DNA from: Basidiobolus meristosporus CBS 931.73
Lineage: Eukaryota; Fungi; Basidiobolomycota
DNA: 64,000 bases
Assembly (NCBI GenBank): GCA_002104905.1
Contig: MCFE01000402.1
Span: 17,283-81,282 of the forward strand
Reading direction: 5' to 3'
Part shown: positions 1-13,620 of the stretch, piece after piece
How the letters are laid out: the number at the start of each line of letters is the position of its first letter
How positions within the stretch are numbered: the first letter of the stretch is position 1
Made by a program: the position numbers and the translations under genes
The notes under the pieces: generated by a model
What the model saw: only the letters and a program-made list of their open reading frames with translations
Told to the model about the DNA's origin: nothing
Database searches by the model: none

Positions 1-7
1 GTTATAG

Positions 8-462
8 GCGGAGCTATTATGATGCTTGCCATTTGGCTGTTTGACGCGGAATTTATTCACATTGTATCGATCTCATTCACCGCCCTCATATTCAACGAGC
101 TGCTCATGGTCGCATTTGAAATTAATACCTGGTACCGTTGACTTGTCTTTTCTTGGGGATTTGCAGATCGATTAATTCCGTCGAGTTCATTAGGCATCCA
201 TTTATGATATACTCGGAGCTTGCATCGATTCTCATTTATATCACGTCCATGATGTTTTTGAAAACTGATTTTGGTAGGCGGTTGTGGTTGACGGCCGGTT
301 TGAAAATTGCTAACGATTTTTTGGTCAGATCTGGACTTTATCCTCACCTGGGGCTTCGTATGGAAGGTCTCGCTGATCACAGCTGTCAGCAGTCTGCCGT
401 TGTATGCGTTCAAGCTCTTCAGTAGATGGTACGCTCCTCCAAGCTATTCGAAATTGACGTAG
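8..462 (+). CDS. NEO1: 3' exons of a P4-type ATPase (NEO1/ATP9 flippase); 5' part lies outside the window
   Basis: Spliced translation [50 protein letters not shown]...[15 protein letters not shown]...APPSYSKLT* matches the ATP9/Neo1 C-terminus; two GT-AG introns. Confidence 0.9.
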
Positions 463-595
463 ATAGCACAAATTTCAGTGATGTACACTTGTTTATTTTA
501 TTATTTTTGATATCGATCACCAAAATAAATCCCCACTTGCCAGAATTCTGGGTAGACATCACTTACGTGCAGCATTATTACATAAAGTATCTTGT

Positions 596-2102
596 TTAAC
601 TGGATCCATTGTTTCCGCCTTGGTTACCCATGAATTGTCGAGCCCTATATTCATTGTGGGTTAGCACTGCAAATAATAATATAATAACAACGTGTAGTCA
701 AATCTTACATATTCATAAGCTCAGGGTTGTTCATCATGTCAGCCAATGGGTTGTCACCGCCGGCTGCGGGGCTACCACCAGCCCCAGGGTTGCCGCCACC
801 CATCATGTTTTGGGCCCTAAATTCTGTGTTAATAGGAAGCTGCTGGTCAAATTGAAATGAGACTCATACATTTGGGCAATATTGGGGTTGCTAAGAAGTC
901 TTTCCAAGCCACCATTGCTCATAAGCTGATTCGCCATGTTCATGAAGGCAGGGTTGCTCATCATGGAAGCAAAGTCCATGCCGCCAAGGTTGGGCAGGCC
1001 GCCGGCACCTGGTGCAGAGCGAGCTTGGCTTTGAGGGCCAACCTCTTGCAACTTTTGACGAGCGGTAGCCAAGGCACTCTTCATAGAAGCATTCTCAGGG
1101 TCTAGCTCTAGGCCCTTTTCATAAGCCTCAACCGCCTCCTTGTAGGAGCCTTTAGAGAAGTAAGCGTGGCCCATACGGCTATAAGCCTTAACATAAGTAG
1201 GGTCGATTTCTGATGCTTTAATCGAATCAGCAATGGCACTGTCGTGATCACCTAGTTGGCCGTAAGCAGCAGCTCTTTTGGGGATATCAATTAAAGGGCG
1301 AGAATAGGGTAAAGCTTCGTCAAGGATCTACCTGTTGGCATAGTATACGGAGTTGTTGCTGTCGAGCTCGATAGCTTGGCTATACAACTTGATGGCTTCT
1401 TCATAATCTTTCTCCGACACCTTCTTATTTCCTATTGGAGGAAAAGGTAAGTATTGTTGGTCTCATTCAGTTCACTTGCAATACCTACCAGCTTTCTTCA
1501 ACTCTTCGGCCTTGCTCTTATCCTCTTCACTGTTTTCGGCTTTCTGTTGGTAAGCGTAGACTGTATCAGAGAAATAGGATCAAGCATTCCGATTGCAAGC
1601 AAACAAATTTACCTTGGTAACTGTTATCGGAAGGAGAATATTACAGCAAAAGGATGGAAGGCTGTTTAACGTAGTTATCCTATAAGAAGAAGGGATGATC
1701 TACAAACCTGGCACTTGTGGTTGGGATGTTGAGCTAGCCTGCAAGTGGTAGATATCTTAATACACAGGAGAGCGACAATCAAGAGGACACAATCTCCACA
1801 TACTTGCTTTGAGGACATTCTGTTTTGTGTCTTGATGAAAACGTCAAAAATACTGGTCAGGGTCGCGGGCTTGGTGGTGTACATAGCTCTCTGTGTCTCA
1901 TCTTGGGCATCTACGCCAAATGCTTCACCGATGCACTGCATGGCAACTACGCAGGCTAAGTAAAAAAATCAAAACACTCAACATATAAGAGAAAATTACC
2001 TTCAATGCCTTCGACATCATCAGCTTTGATGGTACCGTCGTTGACGGATTGTTGTAAAAATTCCAGGATGGAGAAAACCAAACGTTTCTTATTATCACTC
2101 AT
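596..2102 (-). CDS. SGT2: Small glutamine-rich TPR co-chaperone, multi-exon
   Basis: N-terminal MSDNKKRLVFSILEFL dimerisation motif; TPR repeats (AYSRMGHAYFSKGSYKEAVEAYEKGLELDPEN); Met/Asn-rich C-terminus (DFASMMSNPAFMNMA, ADMMNNPELMNMARQF*). Confidence 0.9.
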
Positions 2103-2375
2103 TTGTATGGAAAGAGCTTAAGCTTAAGAGTGAGGTGGGAGATACGGGGAATTAGGCTTTAATATTCTCGATTTCAATCCAACAATTGGCATGGAATCAT
2201 CCAGAATATCCGGGTGATCTCCTGTTCAGAACTATATGCTTAAGTTAGTGATCATGCCAGTGTTATTGAGTGATGCGCTAGGGAAAATGGTGGTAATTTT
2301 TTTCCATATAACTTTGTTTATTTCTCGTCTCCGACTTTAGCTACCATACTGTGTACTTTCACGTAAACAAACGCT

Positions 2376-4754
2376 ATGGCTGTTAATTCGTATTATGAGC
2401 GATGTAGCCCGATCTTACAGCGTCGGCTGTACTCCACCGTTTTCCTTATAGTAGCATACGTATATACGTTGCTGTACCTCTGGCAAGCACGTTTTTCGGA
2501 TGGATTAGGTAGACCAATTCACACCTGCCCTTGTTAGCTTATTGTACCTAAACCAATTTCCCTCAGGTTTCTTTTGGAAGTTTTTCTCCATCCGACTTAT
2601 TTGGTGGTCAGCACTCGTCTCCTTTTCCCTTGTGACTCTAGTGTTTGCTCGAAAGGTGTTACTTCAGGGTAAACGCATTCACTCTTTGCTCAAATTAGCT
2701 GTTAGTCATAGCTAACGGACCCTGCTAGTCAAGCGAGATACCGATTCCAGTCTTCTTTCCTCCTTCCTGAGAATCTTCCAGAAGCGTTTCTTGATCATTG
2801 GCGCCTTGCATTCCCTTTCGGCCTTCCTCATATCGTCATATTATTTTGGACTCAAGCGAAATGAGAAATATTACGAACTGTTCAAATATCCTGAAGGGTA
2901 AGAGAGGCAAGTCTATTCAAGGAAACAGGCTGTACTCATTGAATCCAACTTCACAGCAAATATGAGCCACCTAGAATCAATGAGCTCTACCTAGTGGTGT
3001 TTTTACACAGCTGCGGTCTGGCCCTTTACTACACCAGCATCTTTGTTCTGCAAGAGAAGAGCCAGCTTAGATTCCCCATCATCCAGGTATTGTGCCGATG
3101 TTTCCTTGCGCCTCGATCACGAACTAATCCCAGGCCGATAGCAATCGCGCTTCTTTGCGCTGAAAGGCCGCCTACCAACAATCCTGTATACTAGCGTGAG
3201 AATCTCGCTTGTTTATCTCCGCGGATTCTTCGTCCTGTATCTTCTTTTCGGGCATACAATTCAGAATTGCATCACTTTCGTCCTGGGAATCTTTGTCACG
3301 TAAGCACACTCGATCCAAATTGACATCCACTCGTGTCTAACACACCACAACAGCGTCACTCCTTACCCGATCTCGAGGGGGATCCTCTTCGACTTTGGCC
3401 TAATCACCCGAGTGATTCTGAGCGGAACCTTGATCACGCTGTGCTGGGAAATTCAAAACCACATCTTCGAAATCTGCTTTACCGAGGTATTTTCAAAACT
3501 GCCGCATATCGACATCTCCATGCTAACAGCCCTCTCTAGCATGTCAACGTTAGTGATATGAATGTCAACCCCAATGCCTGCCTTATATCGGGACTGCAAT
3601 TGAATTCAAAGCCATACATGCAGGTATGTGCCGTCCCTTCGCTCGCAACCATTCATGGTTAGCATATTGATGGTTTTTTGGTTAGCATTTGGCGTATCTG
3701 GAGCTCTGGAGGATAGCCAAGTTTAGCCCTACTCGCCGCTCTTTGATCTTCCGAGACATCGAGAAGAACCCGACCTCCTGGCAACAAATTTCTTCCGAGT
3801 GCATTAAAGCAGTCGATGGACTGACTAGCTCAATCAAGCAACACATGAACAAGCATAAGCCTGGTAAGCTGGCGTTAGCGCATATCTCAGCAATCAGTAT
3901 CTTAGGCTAACTACCTGTGTTCCTAGATACTTCCAAGCCAGCTGCTAGCCACAAAGCAAATATCCAGCAGAACTCCTTCTTGAACGATGCATTCCCTCAA
4001 AAACACAAAATCGCCAACCTCCCTAGCGCTATCCCTGCCAACCCAGGAAGATCTCTTCCCTCCATCTTTGCAAAGCCTGCTGACCCCTTGGTCCAGAAGC
4101 CTGAGCATTCACGAATCTTGGGCCCCAGCGATAACATTTATCAGCCAGTTAATGCTACCACCCAGAATTGGGAAGGAAAGATTCTGTCTCTGATCACCAC
4201 TCTTATCAAGCGCTGGAAATGGGGTCAGGCATTGCTAGTTCAGACCGAGGAAGAGCAGGCAAAGGCGCTTTTCGACAGTATTCAGTTGCAGATCTGGGCT
4301 ATCCAAGGTATTTGACAGAGGCTGATGTGACCCCCAACCAAACGAAAGCTAACTTCATTGAGCACAGCTCTCTCTCGCTTCACCGCCACCTCCCTTACCG
4401 AAGATTTATATGGCACAGTCCAGAGAGATATTCCAAGAATTCTGGAGTGCCTGTTGGCTTGTTTGATCACCATTGAGACATTTATCCAGGCCCCACCCAT
4501 CCATTCCAATCCAGGAAAGGCACGCGATACTCATCAGCGCCTACAAAGACAGTCGTTCGCAGTTGTCAACGGTAAGCCCCAGTCACTTCGCAGCAAGCGC
4601 TCACCTATTGATACTGAATCTCGTGCATACATACATAGCCCTGCAAACGTCCATCTACGAGATCACCACCACATTCTACGAGAACCTTTCTGGCTACAAG
4701 TTCCCGCCCAAATATGCCTTAAGACTTCAGTCTTTCATGGACTTCAAGGAGTAA
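2376..4754 (+). CDS. NDC1: Transmembrane nucleoporin Ndc1, multi-exon
   Basis: Hydrophobic N-terminal exons; AYLELWRIAKFSPTRRSLIF; SLTEDLYGTVQRDIPRILECLL; C-terminal IYEITTTFYENL...LQSFMDFKE*. Confidence 0.75.
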
Positions 4755-5813
4755 AATGTACATTCACAGCTTGAACAGACCCATTAAATAGACCTCCCAT
4801 CAATGTTGCGGGTTGACAATGCCAATAAACGCCGTGGGTGGGTGAGATAATGCGAACAGCACTCTTCCTCTCTTATCTTGCCTAACATGATGGTAATGAT
4901 GCGGATTGGTTTGGCCATTAGTTTCTGGCCAATCGATGGAGATCACACCTCGGGCCGGATATGGCAACAGCACGTCACCATATTCTCAGGACGGCAGGAC
5001 ATCCGAAAAGCTCGGCCGTAACCAGCCCACAACTAGCCACTCAGTCAAACCTTATTATTTGTCAATTGTACAATCACGGTAGTGTTGTTCCGAAACCTAC
5101 TGCTGTCAAAACATCCTGCTGGTTGGCCAGGCATTCATATAGATCACATATACAAAAGCATTTATAAGATAGAATACATACAGATAGGCACATTGACACT
5201 TGGTGTAACCGGCGCGGCTAATTCAGCAAAGAGTTTCGGTATGAGATACAGAAACAGCGAATCTGTGCCATGCAGGAATAACTCCCACCATGGGTGGATG
5301 GTGGATGGTGAATGGGTTACGCTCGCCGTGGATCGAACTGAGCCATTTGGTTTGGTTTGGTTTGGAATTTACTAATCTTCATATGACTGTCATTGTGTAT
5401 GCATACTCCGGATGTGATTCATTCGCCGTGCATTCCGATAATTCACCCAGCAAGTGCACCAGTCCCCCGCTGAAGCGTGGAAAAGTTATCAAATTGATGG
5501 TTACCCACAATGAGAGGGGGGTTAGGTAGGTGAGAAATTACTGCTTTCTTGGCCGGAAATTAATCAGCAATCCGTTGAAAACCCATCGGAAATATCCCTG
5601 TCAATACGGACACATGATAACCAACTCTGCCAAACCTCGGCACATGACGTTGCTTCAGGTGGATAAAAAGGGGCTGCTTCTCCGTGGATGGTTGTATTTC
5701 CAGCTATCTGTGCCTTCTTCTGCTACGGCAACCGTAACTGTAGCGACCAACCACCCCAACCGGAAATCCACTCCTAACTCAGCGCTCGGTTCAGCCTTCC
5801 CTTCATCTACACC

Positions 5814-6870
5814 ATGTCCAAAGATAACCAGAAAAAGTCGATCTCCACCCATTTGATCGCCGGTGGCAGTGCCGGTTTCGTCGAGGCGTTGACATGCCAT
5901 CCGTTAGATACGATTAAGGTTAGAATGCAGTTGAGAACAAAGTCCGCCGCCCAGGGACAGCCTCGCAACTTTGTTGGCGTCGGCATTCGCATCATCAAGA
6001 AGGAGGGTGCCTTGGCGCTTTACAAGGGTCTTGGGGCGGTTGTCACTGGTATCGTGCCCAAGATGGCCATTCGATTCTCCAGTTTCGAGATCTACAAGTC
6101 GTGGTTGGCCAATAAGGAAACCGGCAAGGTTTCTACTGGTGCCACCTTCATCGGTAAGCCATCCTTTTGAAGGATTTGCGAGGCGTTACTAACTTTCGAG
6201 TGTCTAGCTGGTCTTGCCGCTGGTGTGACCGAGTCTATCTTTGTGGTGTGCCCAATGGAGGTGGTTAAGATTCGCCTACAAGCTCAACGCCATTCCATGA
6301 TGGACCCATTAGATGTTCCCAAGTATCGTAATGCTGGACATGCCGCCTACACCATAGTCAAGGAGGAGGGTATCGGCGCTCTCTACAAGGGAGTCACCCT
6401 GACTTGTCTGCGTCAAGGTAACTAATACGCTGCTGATGATGCATAAGAGCGGAAACTCAAACTGACTTATCTTTTTAGCTACCAACCAGGGTGTCAACTT
6501 TACTGTCTACCAAGAGGTCAAGAAGGTACTCTTGGCTAAGCAGGACTTGAAGGAACTCCCCAGTTACCAAGCCTTGATCGTCGGTGGTCTTAGTGGTGCC
6601 ATGGGGCCTATCAGTAACGCACCCATCGATACCATCAAGACTCGTATCCAACGTGCTCCCAACCCAGCTGGCCAATCTGGTTGGACTCGCTTCACTTCGG
6701 TCACCGGCAGCATCATCAAGAACGAGGGCTACAGAGCTTTCTACAAGGGACTGACCCCCCGTCTCCTTCGTGTCGCCCCTGGCCAAGCCATCACCTTCAT
6801 GGTGTACGAGAAGGTCCGGCAATGGATTGACCTTTGGTCCAGTTTGATGGAGCAAAGCCAGCAAGCTTAG
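5814..6870 (+). CDS. SFC1: Mitochondrial carrier, succinate/fumarate transporter type; 2 introns
   Basis: Three carrier signatures (CHPLDTIKVRMQL, CPMEVVKIRLQAQ, NAPIDTIKTRIQ) plus HSMMDPLDVPKYRNAGHA, typical of Sfc1/Acr1. Confidence 0.9.
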
Positions 6871-7069
6871 AGTAGTACCAATCATCTCCAATGCACTTCT
6901 TCCCCCCCCAATCATTCATAATGTATCACCTTCCGACATCTTCCTTGATTTGCTATGAACACTTCATACACAGGCATATATATACCGCAGAATGCACTTA
7001 AAATAAACTGCTATTCATGAACCAGCCACGCGGAACCGACTGAAACCCATCCAAATCCAGCAGGTAACC

Positions 7070-7512
7070 TCATATACTTGCAATGTTTCTCAGGCGCGCC
7101 TTTAGGCATGAGGCAGTAGCTGAAGTCAGGAATCGAACGATCGCAATGGAACCTTCCATTTCGGATACATGTCCTAGCCCAACCCAGCTTTTCGATTGTA
7201 CAGCATCCACAAGGGAATAAATGTGCCCAACTGATCGTTGAATTAGTGCTGGGTCACTTATATGCCAGCACTCGTATCTACCTTACTTGGCGGTCGGGTT
7301 CATTTCCTAGCCTAACGACATCTCCATCATCAATATAATATGTTGATCAACTTCTGCATGAATTCTGGTTGTTCAATTACTTGGATGCTACACCAATCAA
7401 GATGACCCATCATGTTGTTCAGCATGCTCACCTGTTGACACAGGACTGTCACCTCACCAAGAACCGCCAAATCATCTTCGGCAGAGATTCGCAACGATCG
7501 TTTAGTGAACAT
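7070..7512 (-). CDS. Putative 82-aa protein of unknown function; 4 exons including a 7-nt micro-exon
   Basis: Exons 7512-7458, 7387-7381, 7312-7287 and 7230-7070 join in frame across GT-AG introns of 70, 68 and 56 nt. No recognised homology. Confidence 0.35.
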
Positions 7513-7968
7513 TGGGGGGGGGTGCACAAAGACATGAGAGGGTACTTTTCTATCATTTAGTTGTAAGCAAGTTCTCATTGGTTTGTTGTTGATGATAATA
7601 ATAATAGGTAATAGAGGTGAGAGCTTTCTACTAAGAATCACTGGATTAGCTGGGAAAATAGGAGAATTCAGAAAAAATAAAATCGTTCTAGGAATCGCCC
7701 GCGCGCGCATGTGGGGGAAAAGAAAAGCCTGGGAACTGATCCGACCGTACCACCAGGACACCCCGGTGCTGGGTAGGCTCGGTTTGGTTGATGGTAGGGT
7801 CGGGGAGGCAAAGACAAAATTTAAATGTGTAGCTATCTTGAGTGTGAATGGGTTTTGGTTTTAAACGTGGGGTTGATGGTTGCTTGTAAACAATCAGAGG
7901 GAAATCAAGGCGATGCGATATCCCCTCTCGGATCGGCGCATCCCTGGCATCGCTCATGGCTTCTTGGC

Positions 7969-10312
7969 TCAGGAGTCTATCAAATTCGATCTGCCGTAGA
8001 AGAACAGGTAAGCCAGGCGTTCGGGGTGTTCAGCAACCACTTCTGACTCGGGGATGCGTGTGATATTCGTGTCGTCCATATGCAGCCATTCGCCGTTTTG
8101 TCGGAGAACGTCACAGGTATAATGTCCACCGGCTGCGAGCATACCATGGTGATAAACCACTAAGAAAATTCCCGCCTTAGAGCTGATGCAACATAAAATG
8201 GTGGATCTCAAAATCAATTACCTCCAATTAACTTGTAGGAAATAGGCTTGGTAACTGCTTTCGACGAAGACATGATTTCTATCCCAACAGTTAGTCATGG
8301 TGGTTGCATTCGGATGGACTTGTCCTAGTTACCTGGTGCGATGTTAAGGTCGGTTGAGTATTGAATGTGCTTGTGAACTTTTTGGATCCCGCCGACGCTG
8401 TTGTACTCGAAACGCTTGAGATGAAGGATCAACACCGGTGGAAGTGTCTCGATAAACGTTTGTCGTGTGGCCTCGACCTGAATGCCTTGACTGGTGGTGA
8501 ACCCATCAATATGATCTAGCTTGGTCACGTTGAGCAAGGCATCTTCAATGGTATGGATTCCGTCAGGCTACAACGCAATATCGTGTTAGACGTGGTTACA
8601 GCTATCAAAGATAACGAGCATGCCTCTTCATACCGCAATGTCAAGTTGAAGAGCTTGGAATGGCTCGAGTGTAACAGAGTCTTTGGAGCCTGGGCATCTC
8701 AAGATTGATCTAACTTGGCCACCGAAAATCTTCTTGATTGGTGTTTCAATAACTTCGGTCTAAGTTGTAACAGTTGCGATTAATATGGTGAAGTCCACTA
8801 CATAGGGTTGAATAAATCGTACAGCTCGTGTGACGGATGTTTTGTTGCGTGGGCCGACTTCCATCCATTCACTTCCGGCTCCTGTGCCATTAGTGCCCTC
8901 GTGGCTGGGCTCGGAGGGATCTTCTTGCGAATCGGTAACTTGTGGAAGGACTAATGCAGCATAAACGTTGAGCATTTGATATCAACTAGATTTTCATACA
9001 ATGCTTACTTGACATGCATTCTTCGTGAAGCCCATCCAAGAGAAATCCCAGAAACTCCTCAGCATCTTCCTGTCTTCCCTGCAGAAAAGGAAATGGCCGT
9101 CAGCGTACGATGAACAAAACCAAAGTGGTTGGAAGACATACTCTCATAGAATTGAATCGCTTGAGACTGCGAAGGGCATCGTAGACGTATTCGGGAACGA
9201 ACGCATCTTCATACTCGACCACACCTACGTATATCTTTAGCTCCACATTCTATCAATCAACAGTCGATCCGTGCTCATTTACCTTGCGACTCCACATCGG
9301 GCCCTTCTTGAAACTCATTGATGAACATTACTCTATACATAATTGATCAGAATCAGTCGGAATAAACGAGGGCTACGAATTCAATCTTACAATGAATCAA
9401 TCAAGGGCGTTTTACTTTTGAAGCTGTGGACCACATTCTTGCTGATGTCTTTGACCAGAGTGTAGAAAGGCGCGATGTGTGCAAGAGGCTGCAAGATCTA
9501 GATTGAGCCAGGTTGGTGAGTACAGTGGGGCAGAGCATCGCTCATGATGGAACATACCGCATTCATAAAACATGTATTGCCATTGTTGACCAAGCCTCTA
9601 GGCCTGATCAATTTCCCGTCAAAGGAAACCTTGAAGTTGTGAAGTACGTCTGAGACGCAAGTATGGTTAGTAACCGACCGGTTTCGGAGTGGTATGCTGT
9701 TCACTCACTGTCAATCCCCTGCAAAGCGACCCGTCCATTCACTTTGGGTGTTTTGGTGATGTCTTTCGAAGAAGTGACTGCTCTGGTTGAGTCTTGTCCT
9801 TCGGGGTTGGTGGTTTGCGAGTTGGCAGCATTCTCTGCTGCTTGGGCTTTGGCTTTATTCTTGTTTCTCACCAAGTCAGCCCAACTTTTGGCCGCGGGAG
9901 GGGCGGTTTCAGTGGTGGTGGTGGTGGCGGCGGCGGCGGCGGTAGTATGATTAAAGATAGTAGTGGTATCTTGCGATAAGGCTAACAGACTGGTTTTAGT
10001 AAGGGGTCGCTGAGTCATCGCAAACATATGCTCTTACTCGGTAAAGGTTTGATTTTCCACGGTAACTATCGCGTCGATAAGCAGAGACAAGTTAACACAA
10101 GGTGAATCGAAACAGGTTAACGAGAAATATAGATACCGAAAAGGTGACGTAACTGTCCACGACTTCGTTAATCTCTTCACGGCTCAAGTCTCCAAGCGTG
10201 TAATAAGGGTGTGTGATCTAGAATACAGGTACCCAATGGGAGGATAGAAACAACTTTGAATTAGACGACCAGGCAATCTACAGAATAGTGAGAGGGCTCG
10301 TACAGTTTTCAT
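7969..10312 (-). CDS. UBP3: Ubiquitin C-terminal hydrolase, Ubp3/USP10-like; start approximate
   Basis: Cys box PRGLVNNGNTCFMNA; LPPVLILHLKRFEY; His box VVYHHGMLAAGGHYTCDV...WLHMDD...AYLFFY; KSWADLV motif upstream. Confidence 0.88.
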
Positions 10313-11023
10313 GGGTCCGAAGTTGCGATAAATAATGAACAGAGAAGGCGATGAAATTAAAAAAGTCTAACAGTCAAGATGAGCCGAATCAAAGGAAGTA
10401 AAATGCGAGTGAGTTATAAGTCAGTATGTGGAATGCAACATGCTCCAGGAGAAGAGGTTCGATTGAGTTGGTATAAGCGAGGTGTTGTGGTGAACTCGAG
10501 GGATTGCTTTCAAAGAGTTTCTATGCTGTATAGGTCGATGTCTTTTCCAGTCGAAAAAAAGTAGCAAACTGGGAACCCAACGCTTCCGAAATAAAATTAC
10601 AAAGTCCAAAGTTTGAACGAATTGGTGAGATTTGACGATATTGCGTGTTGAAGAATTTGCTAGCAGGGTACTGATGTTTGATGGTCAATGATAGGTGGAA
10701 TCTTGGATCCCGCTTTTTTCTTTTTTTCTGAACCACAGCATTTAGTGTGAAGTGGTGGTTAGCCATCATGGGGGATGAAGCACGTGCTTTCAATTTGGGT
10801 TAATTTAATCCAACATTTGATTTTGTTGCGGGGTAGGAGGTGAAGGTATGGTTGATGAGGATGGTAAGAGTTGCCATGTATGTAGAATGGCCTACTTCTA
10901 TAACCGGATTCAGAGTGCTGTGAGGGAAGGGCTACATTTACACAAAGTAGAGCAGGGGAATAGTGAATGTGATCTGGAAGATGTGCTGTAACAAGAGTCT
11001 GTATCCAAACATGCCATATTTTC

Positions 11024-12959
11024 TTATTGCTGACTGCATTGAACACCTGGTCCACCTCTGCCTTCGTCTTCCTCATCCTCCTCGTATGCGTTTCCGCCAG
11101 AGGAGCCTGTGGTACCGTACTAGACACGCAAGGTAAGTATTTCCAATGTTACTGCCGATAGCCGTTGAAATGTTACCTGTGAGATGTTAGAGTCATGCAG
11201 GTGAATCTCATCAATAACCTCCGGACGGGCCGCTTCGGCAGGGCGAGGGGGGAGTACGCTTTCCAGAGTCTTTGAAGATCATTAGCCACCAAAAACGGGT
11301 CTCCAGCTAAATAAGTGATTTCATACCTTGTATTCGGGGTTTGAGAGCCATCCATTAGGTGGGAACTCAACATCGAATTGAACATAAAGGTTTCCTTTGT
11401 CGAAAGGTCTCTTGTACTGAGGCATACCTTCGCCCATGATGCACTTGACATCCCCTACACCAAACAGTCAGCATTGCAAGGTGGTGCTGTATATTCAATA
11501 GAAAGCATTTACCAGGCTTGATGACCTCTCCAGGTGGGTGGTTCACAACCAAGCCACGACCATCCAAGTGAGTTACTATACATTTGGAGAATCCGCAAAG
11601 CGCCTCTGTCAAGGTGATTTTAACATGGGCCAACAAGTCCGCCCCCTTTCTTTCGAAAGTGTCGTGGTCCTGTTGCTTCACAACTAGGACAACATCACCA
11701 GTTTCAATTCCAGGCTATTGTGATATTCGATAAGTGTCTGCTTTGCTGAAGACGTGTCGAGCTTGGTTACCTCTTGGTCAGCTTCTCCTTTCACGACGAT
11801 CTTTTGGCCGTCTTTCATGCCCTTGTCGATGAATGCCTCAAGAATCTTGCGTTCGTTGGTGACCTTCTTGCCCTTACATTTCTTGCATCTATCTTTCTCC
11901 TTGATGATCTCTCCTTTACCGTCACCTGGTAGTAATGTGTGATGAATACCATAATGCAACCAACAAATGCAGCCGAGGACTACACTTACATGAGGTACAA
12001 GCAACTTGCATCTGTTGCATCATGCCAGGAGCGATCTGGCGCATGGTCATTTTGACACCGTGACCATCGCAGCTGGTACATTTCTTGACTGCGCCGGATT
12101 TTCCACCCTTGCTACATTGATAGGAAGATCAGTCCCCACCACAAGCGATCGGCTGTTCTATGCTTTACTAACCCATGACAGTGCGAGCAGATAACGTTCC
12201 TTTGGAGAGCCATCTTGGTGGCTTTACCGTTATAAAGGTCCTCAAGAGTTACTTTAAGAGGGTGTACGATATCCTCGCCACGTTGCTTCCAATTACGAGG
12301 GCCACCGGCTAACAACTTGATCAATCAATGCAATATGAGAAGCAAATAGGTGCGCCTTTTACCTCCAAATGAAGGACCCCCAAAGCCGCCACCGAAGAAT
12401 TGAGCAAAAATGTCTTCGGGGTTCATTCCGTAGTCACCGCCTCCATTGCCGCCTTCTTCACCAAAGCGATCATAATGTTCTCTACATTTTTCTCCCATTG
12501 TTAAACCCGCTCCTGGACAATCCAATTTTTCTTTCTGGTAAAACCAACCTCTTATCAGGATCGCTCAGAATCTCGTAAGCGTGGCTGATTTCCTTGAACT
12601 GGAATTGGAGAAGGTGTATTAGTCAGCTGATTGAAGCCCTCGAAAGTCCTTTCCTAACCGACTTGCCTTTTCTCCTTCATCGGGGTTCTTGTCAGGATGG
12701 AATTTCATAGCCTGCAAGGGATGGGTCAGATAGAGCATGGTGTACGAGAGTGCCGGTTTCAGCGAGCTGTCTGGCTATCTATCTATTCGAGCGGGAATAT
12801 CTCCCAAGTGAAATACTGACCAATTTACGATAGGCCTAGAGAATTGGGATCAATACTTGTCTTGACTCGAGAATACTGGTGAATACTCAACGGTACCTTT
12901 TTGATTTCTGAATCAGTGGCATCTCTCTCGACACCCAAGATCTCGTAATAGCTAGACAT
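11024..12959 (-). CDS. YDJ1: Type I Hsp40/DnaJ (Ydj1/DNAJA-like), multi-exon
   Basis: J-domain ([14 protein letters not shown]..., HPDK); G/F region; zinc-finger repeats (CSHCHG, CKKCKG); [16 protein letters not shown]; C-terminal CaaX-like CSQQ*. Confidence 0.9.
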
Positions 12960-13620
12960 GGCACGAACAAAAAAGCTATGTATTCCAAAGCAAAGATACT
13001 ATTAAACCAGTTTTCGCCCAGTCTATGTAAGGTGGGAGCACCGGTGATTAAAGTGAAATATTGTTAACGATCTATAACCAAATCATATTGTTCACCCTAG
13101 ATATCAAAATAACTCTCCCATGTACATGAGATCAAAATTTTCCATATTTCCCTTCGGGATTTCCTGGAGCAAGACGAATCAACAGTTGTTCTCCATGCCC
13201 ACTTGAGGCTTGTGTTACCCAATTCTTTCCAGCGTCGCAGTAAATTGAAATGCCCAAATTGGTTCGAAAAGCCACTTGAGTTGTTGATCCATAAACAATC
13301 CTAAAAAGGCGCATCCTCCATATGAACCCAATACATCATTGGCTTGCCTTGCGGCTCATACAAGGATAGTAATGTCTCTAGGAAGGTAGATTTGTTACCC
13401 TCTTTGCCAGCGCTACGTGAATGTCTACTTTGTCTCTTAGCCAAGCGAATACATCGTTATAGTCTCAATCTCCTGTGAAGCATGCACCAAACTTGGCTGA
13501 GTAATGCCGTCCATTGTAAAAAGTAGAGGTCATTAAATCATCTGCCTACAAATATCCAGCCTGCTTCGTATTGAATAGCAAAACCAACACATTTGCAATT
13601 GATTCCCTTATCCATAAAAG

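Noticed and set aside
5346-5366. Short (TTTGG)n tract
   Set aside because: Only 3-4 units; an ordinary microsatellite, not telomeric.
13050-13600. Coding-like fragments on the minus strand (DYNDVFAWLRDKVDIHVAL; GISIYCDAGKNW)
   Set aside because: Short, interrupted by stops, and with no motif I can assign; possibly a decayed gene but unsupported.
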